A DNA stretch of 64,000 nucleotides from NCBI GenBank assembly GCA_964016885.1, contig OZ024745.1, positions 126,418,001 through 126,482,000 of the forward strand. Direction: 5' to 3'. The DNA is from Eledone cirrhosa (taxonomy: Eukaryota). Below are positions 39,339 through 53,734 of this stretch, in pieces. The stretch's first letter is position 1, and every line of letters begins with the position of its first letter. The notes under the pieces were generated by a model. The model was not told where the DNA came from, did not search any database, and saw only the letters and a list, made by a program, of their open reading frames with translations. Made by a program: the position numbers and the translations under genes.

Positions 39339-40518
39339 CTCTAGCTATTTACGACTAATATTGGTTAGGAAATACTTGATTCTCCATATCCATAAATAGA
39401 AATTCTTATCGCATTGGAGGGGTCTTTGTTGGATTGCCAAAAATGTCTGGTTTGGCTATCTTGTCCAATTTGATTTTATAACTGATAAATTATAAGTTGG
39501 TGACACTTGTGATGTAGCAAGTACGAAATATTATCCATAAATTTATAAAAGCCGTATATCTTTGCAATCATAGCCAGCCTTGTCCAAGTATAAGACGTGA
39601 AGGAGGTAACTGTATTACAATTAAGCAGTTTTTAATAACTAGGATGTCTTCAACACGCTGGCGCGTGTGTGTGTATGTGCGTATGCATACATTCATAAGT
39701 ATGAGTATATAAATATAAACGTGCAAACACAGATACACTAACGAAAATACAGTCACAGACATACATTCACACAAACACACACACATACATAGCATACCAA
39801 ATGGCACGCCAGCCGCTATTTTGCTATAGTTTTTTCACCACCCCTTGCTTTCCTTTTAAACACACATACATTCATGCATGCAGCAGAGGTAAAGAGAGAG
39901 GGGAGTAGTATGAGGTAGTCAAACTACTCCTCTCTCTTTTTACGTGTTGTGACAGAATCACAGAAATTTATATAGATAGACATTTATATAGATAGATTTC
40001 TTTATTTGCCACAAGGGCGCACAAGAAAAGGGGACAAAACAAGGACACATGCCGGGGATTTTACATACAATCGTGTAAAAATATTGAAACAAACAAATTT
40101 AACAATCGAAATCCCCACAAGGGGGAAGGCACAACAAGAATGCTTTGCGTTATTCGTTTCGGCTCTCTACACTTTCGTTCAACTTTGCCTTTCATCATTT
40201 AGTGGTCGTTACAAAAAGTACCAGTCTAGTACTGGGGTTGATTCTTCCTCTATATCTCTTTCGCATTTCCTCTCTCTTCCTTTCTATCTTTCTCTGGAAG
40301 AAATTTGTTGTATTCAGACCTGGAAAGAGAGGGGCTCCGCTAGCCTTAAAATGCCCCCAAAACGTCGTATGCCACAACAGCGCCCCTAAGACTCCATTAG
40401 GTGTTAAGGGGCTATATAAATATCATTTAAAACTAGAGGGTTTGATATAAGAGTGACCTGGCTGCTGTTTCCAGCAGCCTGAGGTATCCTGCTGAGGCTA
40501 CCTCCCCCCTTAGCTCAT

Positions 40519-40629
40519 ATGTGTGTGTACAGATATGTGTGCTTATGTGAGTGTGGGTTTGAGAATGTGTTTTTGTACGTGTGTATCTTTGTGAGTGGGC
40601 ATCTGTCTCGGTGTGTGTGCTTGTGTGTG

Positions 40630-40660
<31 letters not shown>

Positions 40661-40853
40661 ATGTGTGTTTGTGTGTGTTTGTGTGTGTGTGTGTGCGTTT
40701 GTGTGTGCGTTTGTGTGTGTGTGTATGTATGCGTGTGTGTGTATTTGTTTGTGTGTTTGTGTGTGTGTGTGCGTTTGTGTTTGTGTGTGTGTGTGAGTGT
40801 TTTGTGTGTTTGTGTGTGTGTGTGTGTGTGTGTCTGTGTGTGTGTGAGTGTTT

Positions 40854-40908
<55 letters not shown>
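40519..40908. repeat. (TG)n microsatellite
   Basis: Directly visible. Confidence 0.95.
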
Positions 40909-40913
<5 letters not shown>

Positions 40914-41076
40914 GGTGCAATGACTCTGTCGGTCAGGTTATGCTATCTATCAGCTCAGTGGTTTAAAGAAACAAGTAACCGAATCTGTTATGAACAGACT
41001 CAGGTATTGTGTCAGTTCAGCTAGGCAGATCCCAAGATGACCTAGACAGGATAATGAAAACTGGTTCACAAGGCCG

Positions 41077-41366
41077 CACACACTCATACACATACATATT
41101 TGTACACAAACATATACACACAAACATACACTCATACACATACATATTTGTACTCAAACATATACACACACACGCACACACACATACACTCATACACATA
41201 CATATTTGTGCACAAACATATACACACACAAACATACACTCATACACATACATATTTGTACACAAACATACCAGCTAACAAACATATACACACAAACATA
41301 CACTCATACACATACATATTTGTACACAAACATATATACACAAACATACACTCATACACATACATA
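41077..41366. repeat. CA-rich minisatellite, unit ~48 bp
   Basis: ACACTCATACACATACATATTTGTACACAAACATATAC repeated 5-6 times. Confidence 0.85.
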
Positions 41367-43456
41367 AAGTCTCACAAAGAAACATGGGTCTATGCCCGCA
41401 TACACACACATACTGTCAAAGCAATTTTGTCTGAATTAGAGATCTCAGAGTCATGTACATAGAATAGAGGTGTTAGGTATGCTGGAGGGTCGGGGGGCCA
41501 GATGGCTTTTAGATCGTATTATTAATTTAAGATCTTAAGATTAACTATTAAGATAACCCTCATTGTTATATTTGCAGTCACCACCATCTCTACCATAGCA
41601 ACATACACTACCAACACCACTGCCACACACACACAACACATAATGCGACATACAAAAGCCACTGTAGCATCAACAACACCATCACCACCAGGCATATCTA
41701 TCAACTCCACCAGTTGTAATTGGTGATGGTGGTGTGTATATTGTTGTTGTTGTTGTTGTATAACCCAAGGTAGGCTGTGATCGGGTAGAGCTATAATTGT
41801 TTCTACTTCTGGCACAAGGCCAGCAGTTATCCCAGTGTATTACTGGTACTTTATTTTATAGATCCCGTCCCATAGGAATTAAAGGTAAAGTTAACCTCGG
41901 CGGGATTTGAACTGAGACCGTAAATGGCCGTATCTCTATGCTGCAAAACATGGCATCCGACCCTCTACCGAAGGCGTTCCAATCGTGGCCATTCTGTCTT
42001 TTTCTAATATGCATGAAACCAAAGAATATATTTTCAAATGTATCCCTTCTTTATGCGTTAGAAAATGAGATATAATTGGTAGCGATTTCTAGCAGGATGG
42101 GCGACTACGTGGAGGTTCTATCGTTGATACGAGCCCACAAATGAGCCTATGTGGTCACCACATCGTCTACAAATCCCGCCATACTCAATCGTATTAAATA
42201 AGGACAAGAATATGATTCCTAGGTTCTCTCATATAGGAAAAACACGCGATGGTCTCGGTTAAAATGCCTATCATCATAGGACTGCTCAATCAAAGTTGTG
42301 CTGGGGAAAAACATCAACAACAACATCTTGACCATAATGATGGTTGCTACGTATGATGGTCACCACAACATCCACCACCACCACTGCGACAAACAACAAC
42401 AACAGCAGCAACCATTGCCATTCACCACCACCATCATTCATTTTACTGACACTACACTATCACAGACACCACAACTGCCGCCGCCACAATTTATATAATC
42501 ATTCTTCAAAACCACTTCCTTCACTGCTACGACATCACTGTCATTTTTCACACCACCATGACCACCACCAGCACCACCAGCACCACCACTACAACAACAA
42601 CAACACCTAACAAAACAAGGACAACAACAATATAGGCTTAAAGACACCACCATTATACTGCCACACAAACACTAACGCCAGCACCAATACCGCCTTAAAG
42701 CCAACATCGATACTACTCTCACCACCATCACAATCAAAAGTTCTAATTAAAATTCTGTCTTCAGAACAGTTCTTGAAGCTAATAAATGGCAGAATTTGAT
42801 ACGATTTACGTAAATATAAAACTGTCTTTTTAGTTTTTATCTGATTTCTTCCGATTTTATAACATTCTGTTTTGTATGTTTGTGTGTATTTTTATGCACG
42901 CATGTGTGTCAATGCGAATATTTTTATATGTGCATATATGCTTGTCTGCATATTTGAGTTTGTGTATGCATATATCTTTCTGTATATGTAAGTCTATGAA
43001 TTTACACATGTATACATACTCTTACGTGTGTATTTGATTTTTTTTATATTTTATTTTCTATTTACCTTTTTCATATATGTGTGTTTAGATTTAATGTACT
43101 TGGATATATCCATATATCCATGTATTTATTTCCGTGTGTGCATGTCTAAGAGTAAATGTTTATGTGTATATGTTTAGGTGCCGTCATATGAGTTTCTGAG
43201 TTTAGGTATGTTGATTTATATGTATCCTTGCGTAAGTATAAGTGATTATGAGTGTGTGTTTTGTGGTGATAAATTTTACCATTGTCTGCTAAAAACCTAT
43301 TCTCTGCTATATATTCTCTATGTGTTCTGTATGGGTGATACATTTTACACATAATTTCTGCGTGATAAATGACTGTATCGTAATTGCCATAAAGCTAGAC
43401 AGACCGTCTCCTCAGTCTAATTATATTTCTGGCTCTCCTGCATAGACTGGTCGTTG

Positions 43457-43494
<38 letters not shown>

Positions 43495-44697
43495 GGCTGG
43501 TACTGATGCTGCTAGTGCTGCTGCAAAGCCACTTGACAGCTGAATATAATGTCCGTTGTGATAAAACCTGCTGACGAAGATGTTCTGGCCCTTCGTTGTT
43601 AGACTGCTGCTCTGCATATGTGTATTTTTCTGCATATCCCCAAATTGGAACACAAGAAACTATGTCAGTCTCGGTAAATATATAATGTTTGTTCGTTGGC
43701 ATTTATTGAATATTATTGATTGTGTGATGTCAACCTTGGGTGTCTGGATTCTGAATGCAGTATCTGGCTCATTGCAATTGAATTGAATGTTGCTACTCTG
43801 ATACACAAATACATTTCGTATCTCATACAGTATTAAGTGGGCTACCTCAGATAAATTGATCTGTGCTGCCTTTTGAATGACGCCAGAGAAGCAGGAGGAT
43901 AAAGAGATGTTATTGCCTGCGCTAGGCTGGATTAAACTTTGAGTAAAATAATACATGCTTAGGGCATCAATTTAATTCAGAATGTATTTGTCATTCAAAG
44001 TACATTTTTTGGCATACTTTATTTATGAAAGCACCGTAATCATTTAAGCACATAAGGTTAATCCCAACCTGGGACTTGGTCACAAGATGGCGAATGAAGA
44101 ATTGAATAATATGAAAGAATAATAATTTCTTTATTGGCCACAAGGGCCGATAAGGTGGAAGAATAATTGTTTCTACTTTTGGCACAAGGCCAGCAATTAT
44201 CCCAGTGCATTACTGGTGATTTATTTTATCGACTCCTGTAAAGATGAAAGGCAAAGTTAACCTCGGCGAGATTTGAACTCAGAACGTAAAGCGCCGTAAC
44301 TCCATGTTGCAAAGCGTCCAAACGTCTACCTATACTGCCAATCCACCGCTATGGAGAGGAAAGCAGTGATAAATAGTAATGGTAGAATAGTGGTACATAT
44401 GACCAATACATGGAGCAAGATTGAAGTTAAACGAAACATGGGGGACGTGTTCAGAGCCAGATAAAATGTATGGTGGGGGAGGGGATAATATAAAGGTTAG
44501 TAGTAAAAAGAACTGCATAGCTCAAGGAACAACTGAAAAAAACGAATGCGGGCAAACGTGCACAGATACACAAAAGGGGTGATAATGGGGCGAACAAGGA
44601 GTAGAGAGGGTAGCAACTAGAGTGGAATGGTGAGAATATCTAAGGTTTTAAGATGGGGTAAGGGGTAGTACTGATGGTTGAACAAGGGATAGAGATA

Positions 44698-44733
<36 letters not shown>

Positions 44734-44735
<2 letters not shown>

Positions 44736-44932
44736 CGAAGGAAATGTGGTACGAAACCAGATGGACCATAACGCACCAAAGTACTCAATACTAGGGTAGT
44801 AGAGTGGGTAATAGGAACGGGTAGGACCCCGACGGCTGAGCTCAAGCCGTTTCGACGGCTAATTCTGGACTAATTCAGTCCAGAATTAGCCGTCGAAACG
44901 GCTTGAGCTCAGCCGTCGGGCTCCTACTCGTA

Positions 44933-44937
<5 letters not shown>
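44734..44937. mobile_element. TA-embedded hairpin element (ACGAAGG family), most complete copy
   Basis: 61-bp arms 44811-44871 and 44877-44937 with a 5-nt loop, (TA)n on both sides. Partial copies at 15793, 15921, 16646, 53008 and 56000. Confidence 0.85.
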
Positions 44938-44970
<33 letters not shown>

Positions 44971-44975
<5 letters not shown>

Positions 44976-45184
44976 AAATACAGGTAAAAGAGGAAGGCTG
45001 TGTGGTTACTGTAAACAAATGTAAGATGGTAATAGGGACGTGAACAAAAGAAGAAAAGTAGCTCTTCATCAGCTGTTTACTGCGGATCATAGATGTTTCG
45101 GCGCTCAAAACATTTGTGATCCGCAGTAAACGGCTGATGAAGGGATACTTTTCTTTTCTTGTTCAAGACCCTATTACCATCTTA

Positions 45185-45188
<4 letters not shown>
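44971..45188. mobile_element. TA-embedded fold-back element with diverged ~78-bp arms
   Basis: Arms 45020-45098 and 45108-45186. Homologous to 15540-15668. Confidence 0.8.
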
Positions 45189-45261
<73 letters not shown>

Positions 45262-45753
45262 AATCGAGTATCGGAAAATCAGCTCATGAATTTACGATAA
45301 ACAAATCCGACATGAGTGGCAGAGGGCTCAATAATTCAGATAAATCAGAGCTATAACTATCGTTAAAATACCAACACACAAAGATTATGCCTAAAATCAC
45401 CCATGCAGCCGAAAAATAACGACCAGGAAGATTCGGGTCACTCAGATAAAATATCAATAAATCAATAATTTATATGAATGTAAAAACTTACACGGACCCA
45501 CTAGAAAGATGGTAAATCTAGCTTCTTGGGTTTCTGCAAATCCTTATATATATATATATATATATATATAATCCTTATATATATATATATGCAGAAAGTT
45601 CAGTAAATCCGAAGAAAACTGGCGAGAGAGCCTTAGCCAGCACTCGACGCAGAGTGTATACAATAAGAACAAAGTGGAGATGCTACATATGAGATTTATT
45701 GCTTAATCCTGGTTACAAATGTTTCCCTACCAGCTGGCTCGTGATCTGGGATG

Positions 45754-45818
<65 letters not shown>

Positions 45819-45975
45819 GACAAACATATATATATATAAATATATATACATGAATATGCAATATATATTGCAATTTGTTTATATATATTTGTGTGTGTGT
45901 TTATATATATATATATGTACGCGTGGAGAAATATATAAAGGAGAACAAACCGTTAAAACATGTTTATTTAAAATA

Positions 45976-46015
45976 GCACCTACGTACGTTTCGCCCGAAT
46001 GGGCTTCTCGGGGGC
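45976..46015 (-). ncRNA. Hammerhead-like motif with variant core
   Basis: GCCC-CCGAGAA-GCCC AUUC GGGC-GAAA-CGUACG-UA-GGUGC. Stems II and III are perfect; the core deviates from CUGANGA. Confidence 0.55.
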
Positions 46016-46239
46016 ATAAAAAACTAAAAAGCGTTCCTTACATGACCCAGAATGGGTTTTAGAGATAAGTTCACATCACAGTTCATTCTTCGTAAAAAAC
46101 ATGTATTGATTTTGCAGTAGGTCAAGGGAGATAACTCTAGCCGGTGTTAGAGCAGTGTTCCCCAGGCTACTTTTACCCGTTATTACTTTGTGGTTACTGC
46201 TATACCATTGTCGATTCAGGCAGGGTCAGGGATGCAAAG

Positions 46240-46250
46240 TATATATAGGT

Positions 46251-46292
<42 letters not shown>

Positions 46293-46479
46293 ATATGTAT
46301 GTATATATATATGTATATGTATATATATATGTATATGTATATGTATATGTATATATATATGTATATGTATATGTATATATATGTATATATATATGTATAT
46401 GTATATATATATGTATATGTATATGTATATATATGTATATGTATATGTATATGTATGTATATGTATATGTATGTATATA

Positions 46480-46514
<35 letters not shown>

Positions 46515-47041
46515 ATATATGTATATGTATATATATATGTATATGTATATGTATATATATGTATATATATATGTATATGTATATATATGTATATGTATAT
46601 GTATATGTATATATATATGTATATGTATATGTATATGTATATATATATGTATATGTATATGTATATATATGTATATATATATGTATATGTATATATATGT
46701 ATATATATATGTATATGTATATATATATGTATATGTATATGTATATGTATGTATATGTATATGTATATATATGTATATGTATATGTATATATATATGTAT
46801 ATGTATATGTATATGTATATATATATGTATATGTATATGTATATATATATATGTATATATATATGTATATGTATATATATATGTATATGTATATGTATAT
46901 ATATGTATATGTATATGTATATATATATGTATATGTATATATATGTATATATATATGTATATGTATATATATGTATATATATATGTATATGTATATATAT
47001 ATGTATATGTATATGTATATGTATGTATATGTATATGTATA

Positions 47042-47076
<35 letters not shown>

Positions 47077-47209
47077 ATATATGTATATGTATATATATAT
47101 GTATATGTATATGTATATATATGTATATATATATGTATATGTATATATATATGTATATGTATATGTATATATATGTATATGTATATGTATATGTATGTAT
47201 ATGTATATG

Positions 47210-47242
<33 letters not shown>

Positions 47243-47262
47243 ATATATGTATATGTATATGT
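46240..47262. repeat. ~1-kb (TATATG)n/(TA)n microsatellite
   Basis: Directly visible. Source of the 343-377 aa pseudo-ORFs. Confidence 0.97.
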
Positions 47263-47389
47263 CATGCAAACAATGTGAAAATATATGAATAAATGCTTTT
47301 ATCTTCCAGCTGAGATTGGAATAAAAAAGAGAAGAAAAAACCTAAAGTGAAGGCAGCAGCAGCAGCAGCTCCAGGACGACGACGACGGC

Positions 47390-48090
47390 CACCAACACCA
47401 CCACCACCACCACCTCAAGCTCGAAAACCACCACCACCACCACCACCATCATGACCAATAGCGAAGATGGTGGGCAACTCCAGCAGCAACATCACCACCA
47501 CCACCTCCACCACCACCACCAACACCAGCTCCTCCACCACCACCAACACCACCACCGTCATGAACGGCGATAATGATGGGCAACTCCAGCACTAACACCA
47601 ACGCCACCACCAATATCACCACCACGAACAACAGCTACCATGATTGGGACAACTCTACCACCACCACCATCATCACCATCATCACCATCACCACCACCAC
47701 CACCACCACCACCACCACCACCACCACCAACACAACCAGCAGCAGCACCACCACCACCACCAATATCACAACAGCTACCATGATGGAGACAACTCCAGTA
47801 CCAACACCACCAACACCACCAGCACCAGCACCACCACCATCACCACCAACAACAACACCACCACCATCACCACCACCACCACCACCACCACCAACACAAC
47901 CAGCAGCACCACCACCACCACCAATATCACAACAGCTACCATGATGGGAACAACTCCAGTACCAACACCACCAACACCCCCCTCACGACCAACAACAACA
48001 CCACCACCACCACCACCACCATCACCCCCTCTACCCACCCCCACCACCACCACCACCACCATGTACAATGATGGGGGACAACTCCAGTAA
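47390..48090. repeat. (CCA)n array punctuated by ATGATGGG(A)CAACTCCAG units
   Basis: About six recurrences of the motif are visible. Confidence 0.85.
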
Positions 48091-48289
48091 CAAGAAATCT
48101 ACAGTAAAATGAACTCTACAAAGAATAGATGTCAGATGAAACAAACAATATTTTCATTTATAGAAGTATCATTTCTTTTGAGAAATGCTAACATAGGCAA
48201 ATCGTTCATATTGAAAACAATATCATATCCAGGGTGTGGGGACATATAGTCACATGCACAAGCACACGTACACCTCCTGATCTCCCCCC

Positions 48290-48337
<48 letters not shown>

Positions 48338-48895
48338 GAAATACGAAGAAAGCAATAACGGGGGGGGGGGGAGTTTTCCTTATCTGTTGTCTACTGGTCG
48401 GACTAAGGAAACTATATTTCCATTGGTCTTTCTACCGTTTATATTACATGTCTGTGGCACCCTATATAGAATCTTCACCGCTTCACCTGTGGCAAGTCGT
48501 GAGGGCTGAAAACGCACGCAGCTGGATCAGATACCGCCTGAGGCTTCAACTATTTTCATAAGTCCTCCTATATGAAGGAGTCTGTTCCATCAGTTTTATC
48601 TCTCTATTTTAAGGTGTGGTTTTCTACAAATTTAAAAATTCATTATTTCATAAAGTATAGTGTCCTGGCCTGTGCCTAAGTTAGAAATCATGATATAACA
48701 TATCCCCTAAATTCCCTACTCTGTAGAAAAAATAATCGATACAAAATCTTTGGAATTAGAATCCGAATCGTGGGCTCGCTTTACTTGGGGTACTTAGTAC
48801 ATTAGACTAATCGTGGATTGCGTCAAGTAGGGGTCTAGATGGCACCAGGATTATCGTGGCCTTGCCTTAGTTGGGATTAATACAGAGCTTGTTTT

Positions 48896-49203
48896 TTTTA
48901 TAAATATTGACATATCCAGGAATGAGACCTTAACGGTTCAAGTTTTACCTGGATAGTGAACCATTAAGGTCTCATTCCTGGATATGTCAATATTTATAAA
49001 ACAAACTTTGTATTTTATCTGATGAGAGCGTACCAAAGTTTTGGTACCCTTCAAATATATAGAATAGAACAAATATGGTTTTATAAATATAGTTTCCATT
49101 TATTAATATCATTGATATTATACTCCAGAAAACTGTCGAGTGCTTCGAATCTGTTATAAATATATATATTTGTTGAATAACCAACAAATTAAATATCCCT
49201 TTG

Positions 49204-49205
<2 letters not shown>
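48896..49205 (+). mobile_element. Fold-back element (45-bp arms) with an inactivated HHR, same family as 16190-16365
   Basis: Arms 48896-48940 and 48957-49001. CUGAUGA at 49019, but GAAA>CAAA and UA>GA. Confidence 0.8.
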
Positions 49206-49263
<58 letters not shown>

Positions 49264-49303
49264 TTTTGCGAGGTTTTTTATATGAAATCGTGTGTCGAAA
49301 CAA

Positions 49304-50181
49304 ATATTGTTATACTTGGGGAGGGTCATATTTGTGTAATATTGCCAGAATTAATAACAGAACACACTCACTGTTTGGTTGGTTTTCGCTTCTGTGTCCT
49401 TTATATCGGTTAATTTAATTTATTCGGTCCTCAATGTTACCATTGACTGACCAACGGTCAAAAATACAGATACAATATAGACACAAACACATATATATAG
49501 TCTGACAAAGTTCTTTCGTTGCACATCTGCAACATCGTCAGTGGTGCTATTATGTTTCCTCCCGTTGCATTGAATGCCTACGCCATCTTTATTTAGTCTG
49601 TTTATTTATTTATTTGTGTATTTTTTTGTCTTCTCTGCGCATGCGTTTGCGTTTGTGTATAGTGTTGTGTTTGGTGTGTGTTCGTGTTTGGAATAACAAC
49701 AACACCCAAACAAACAACACTGACCTAAGAGAAGTATAAATAAATAAATAAATAAATACATACACAAGCACAATAACAACAAACACATATAAACAGACAC
49801 TAGTAAACTAAGATAGAATACAATAACCAATACACAGTCACCCAAATACGAACACACATCAAACAAAACACTATACACAAACGCAAACGCATGCAACGGG
49901 AGGAAACATAATAGCAACGGGAGGCAACATAATAGCACCACTGACGATGTTGCAGATGTGCAACGAAAGAACTTTGTTAGACTATATATATGTGTTTGTG
50001 TCTATATTGTATCTGTATTTTTGACCGTTGGTCAGTCAATTGCAACATTGAGGACCGAATAAATTAAATTAACCGATATAAAGGAAACAGAAGCGAAAAC
50101 CAACCAAACAGTGATTGTGTTCTGTTATTAATTCTGGCAATATTATTACACAAATATGACCCTCCCCAAGTATAACAATAT
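49304..50181. mobile_element. Large fold-back element (outer arms ~265 bp plus inner arms ~52 bp) with an HHR core in each arm
   Basis: CUGACGA-U-GUUGCA GAUG UGCAAC-GAAA-GAAC-UU at 49941-49974(+) and 49508-49541(-). Flanked by (TA)n. Confidence 0.85.
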
Positions 50182-50228
50182 ATATATATATAAGCAAAAA
50201 TCAGTGATGCATCTGAACTCAATTTATT

Positions 50229-50449
<221 letters not shown>

Positions 50450-50833
50450 AGTGAGCCACTGAGTAATATACATTTTGCGTGGGGGCCCGGGGGCATCGAC
50501 TGAAGGGCTGCCTCAGGTGGCACTCAGTCTAGCTACGTCACTGTTGAAGCCCTCCTTCATCCCCACAGAACATGGTACTCAGACCAGCTGACATGGCCCT
50601 ACAATCTCGAAGTAGGTCAGTCTTCTCAAATTCTAGTTTTTTTATCCTGTTCCGTTATTTGTACATACATCATGTGCACATGTACCCATAACACATAGAT
50701 AAACAATTGTTTCTACTTTTGGCACAAGGCCAGCAATTATACCAGTGCATTACTGGTACTTTAGTTTATCGACCCCGTAAGGATGAAAGGTAAAGTAAAC
50801 CACTGCGGGAGCACTGATTATTTGAATACTTAA

Positions 50834-51052
50834 CCCTTTAGCATTTAAACCGGTCATATCCGGCCGTAATTTTCTTACCTCTTTCAATTCAAACCTGTTG
50901 TAACCGGCCATTCATACTGACATTAAAGTATTGTTCTCAAAATAAATGATATCAAAATCTCATAGATTCGATATTGTGAGGTAATTATATAAGATAAATC
51001 CTTTACCCACAAAATACAATGGTAAATATAGAGTAATGTAAATGCTAAAGGG
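50834..51052. mobile_element. piggyBac-type MITE
   Basis: TTAA|CCCTTTAGCATTTA ... TAAATGCTAAAGGG|TTAA. A diverged inverted copy lies at ~31190-31392. Confidence 0.85.
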
Positions 51053-51368
51053 TTAAAGAATTTGAAATGTCGCCTACATTTCACGTCAAACCTGAACATT
51101 TATAGTACTTCCTATTCTATAGACAATGCATTGGTGTTTTAGCCAAATCAAGCTTAGCTGGAATTGAACTCAAAGAAGCAGGGCGAAACTAGATACTTCT
51201 AGATATTTCTAGATTATTTCTAGATATTTCTAGATATTTCTTCACACAGTCTTGTTTATGCCACTCCAAGAAGCAAGTGATGACTATGACGGCATAAAAA
51301 AATGTAAAACTATCAATTATGTCAACAATGTTACCAACAGCAAACATGTCATTTGATACTACTACTAC

Positions 51369-51411
<43 letters not shown>

Positions 51412-51428
51412 ACTACTACTACTACCGT

Positions 51429-51460
<32 letters not shown>

Positions 51461-51659
51461 TGGAGACTCTACGTGACCATTCGTTCTATGAGAAAGAGCA
51501 GCCAAATTTCTTTCAGTTGCACCCTAAAATCTTGAAAAAATAAGAAACATTAAATAGTGCTCGGGATAGGCCATTAGACCTAGGGCTAAAACTACAATAA
51601 CGACAACTTCTACTAGCTTTCCCCACTTCCACCTATACCACCACTACTACGTGTGGGGT

Positions 51660-52153
51660 GTCATCATCATCATCATCATCACCACCATCACCACCACCAA
51701 CTACACCATCTACACTACCGCAGCCACCACCACCACCACCACCACCACCACTACCGTCATCACCACCACCAACACTACTAACTACACCACCACCACCACC
51801 ACCACCACCTCCACCTCCACCAACAACAACAACAACTACAACACCTACTCCACCACCACCACCACCACCAACACCACCACCACCACCACCGCCACCACAC
51901 CACCACCTCCACCAACAACACCAACAACAACAACAATACAACAACAACTCCACCACCACCAACACCACCACCACCACCGCCAACAACAACAACAACTACA
52001 CCACCACCACCAACAACAACAACTAAACCACCACCACCAACACCACCACCACCACCGCCACCACCACCACCACCACCACCAACACCACCTCCACCGCCAC
52101 CACCACCACCGCCACCACCTCCACAACCACCACCAACACCACCATAACCACCA
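51660..52153. repeat. (CCA)n/(CAA)n microsatellite
   Basis: Directly visible. Confidence 0.95.
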
Positions 52154-52806
52154 GCTGTTATTACAGAAACCCAAAGCCCGCCGCCTTCTCTTTGCCTAAA
52201 CTTCACATTGCCTGTGATATTTCGGCGGCAGCAGGCAAAATGGGGGAAGAAAGTAATAAAGTACAAATTATGGTTCAAGGACGACTCTTTTTCTTCACTC
52301 CTCCACCCTGTGACCTCGTTATCCACACCGCCGCCGCCGCCGCCGCCATATCTCTCTCCTAGCTCATGGTATCTATCTCCTCTCTTACTTCCATTTCCCC
52401 ACCCATTTCTCTTCTCTCTTAAACCCCTCCTTCTTCCCCGCCTCCCCTCATATACATACTTTTAAGTGTTTACTCACTCTCTCTATCTATCTATCTATTT
52501 CTTTCCCCTCTCTCTGTCACACACGCACTCTCTTCCCCCTCTCTATCACACACACACATGCTCTCTCAATCCCCTCGCTCTGTCACGCACGCACTCTCTT
52601 CCCCCTCTCTACCTCACACACAAACTCTCTTTTTCCCTCTCTCTGTCATACACACTCTCTCCCTCAGCCTTTATTTTAGTTCTGTTTTCTTGTCTGTTGT
52701 CAACAACATTTCTTTACATAGCTGGGATTGGCTTACGCCAATGTATGTATATGTATATATATATATATATATATATACGTATATATACGTATATATATAC
52801 GTATAT

Positions 52807-52851
<45 letters not shown>

Positions 52852-52852
52852 C

Positions 52853-52953
<101 letters not shown>

Positions 52954-52971
52954 TATATATATATATATGTT

Positions 52972-53011
<40 letters not shown>

Positions 53012-53143
53012 AACAATTATGACCCCGCCGGCTGAGCTCAAGCCATCAGGGTCCTACTCGTTCCTACTACCCACTCTACTACCCTAAGTATTGAGTACTT
53101 TGGTGCGTTATTGTCCACCTGGTTCCTTACCACATTTCCTTCG

Positions 53144-53262
<119 letters not shown>

Positions 53263-53734
53263 CATGTATATATATATATTTATATATATATGTATATATA
53301 TATGTATATATATATACATTATATATATATATATGTATATATACATATACATGTATATATATATATATATATAAATATATGTATATATACACACACACAT
53401 AATATGTGTTTGCCTTCATGTTATTGCACGTGTTTGTAACCAGACGATATATAGTCGCCTGGTAAGCAAATTTAATATTTAGTTATATTCTAAACCTAAT
53501 ATCCTCTCTTCTGTGTACTAGATGAATAATAAATATTTAAAGGTCATGTTGCCTCCGATGTTTATCGTTTTTACACTAATTATCAAATTATCAGATTTAT
53601 TTTTAAAAAGTTATACGTAACATTCATACATTTCAAACGCCCCAAAAATGCAGGATACCCGACCAACCAAATATGCAGGATACACGGAAGCAAGATCTGC
53701 TGTTACAAATTCGAATTATAAACCTACTTCCAGC

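Noticed and set aside
39889-39943. let-7-like TGAGGTAGT in a small hairpin
   Set aside because: Only a 9-nt match, overlapping the loop, and the stem is low-complexity (GA)/(TC).
46155-47292. 343-377 aa ORFs in five frames
   Set aside because: They are translations of a stop-free (TATATG)n microsatellite. The same applies to the YI, CV, HT, poly-T and poly-H ORFs across the window.
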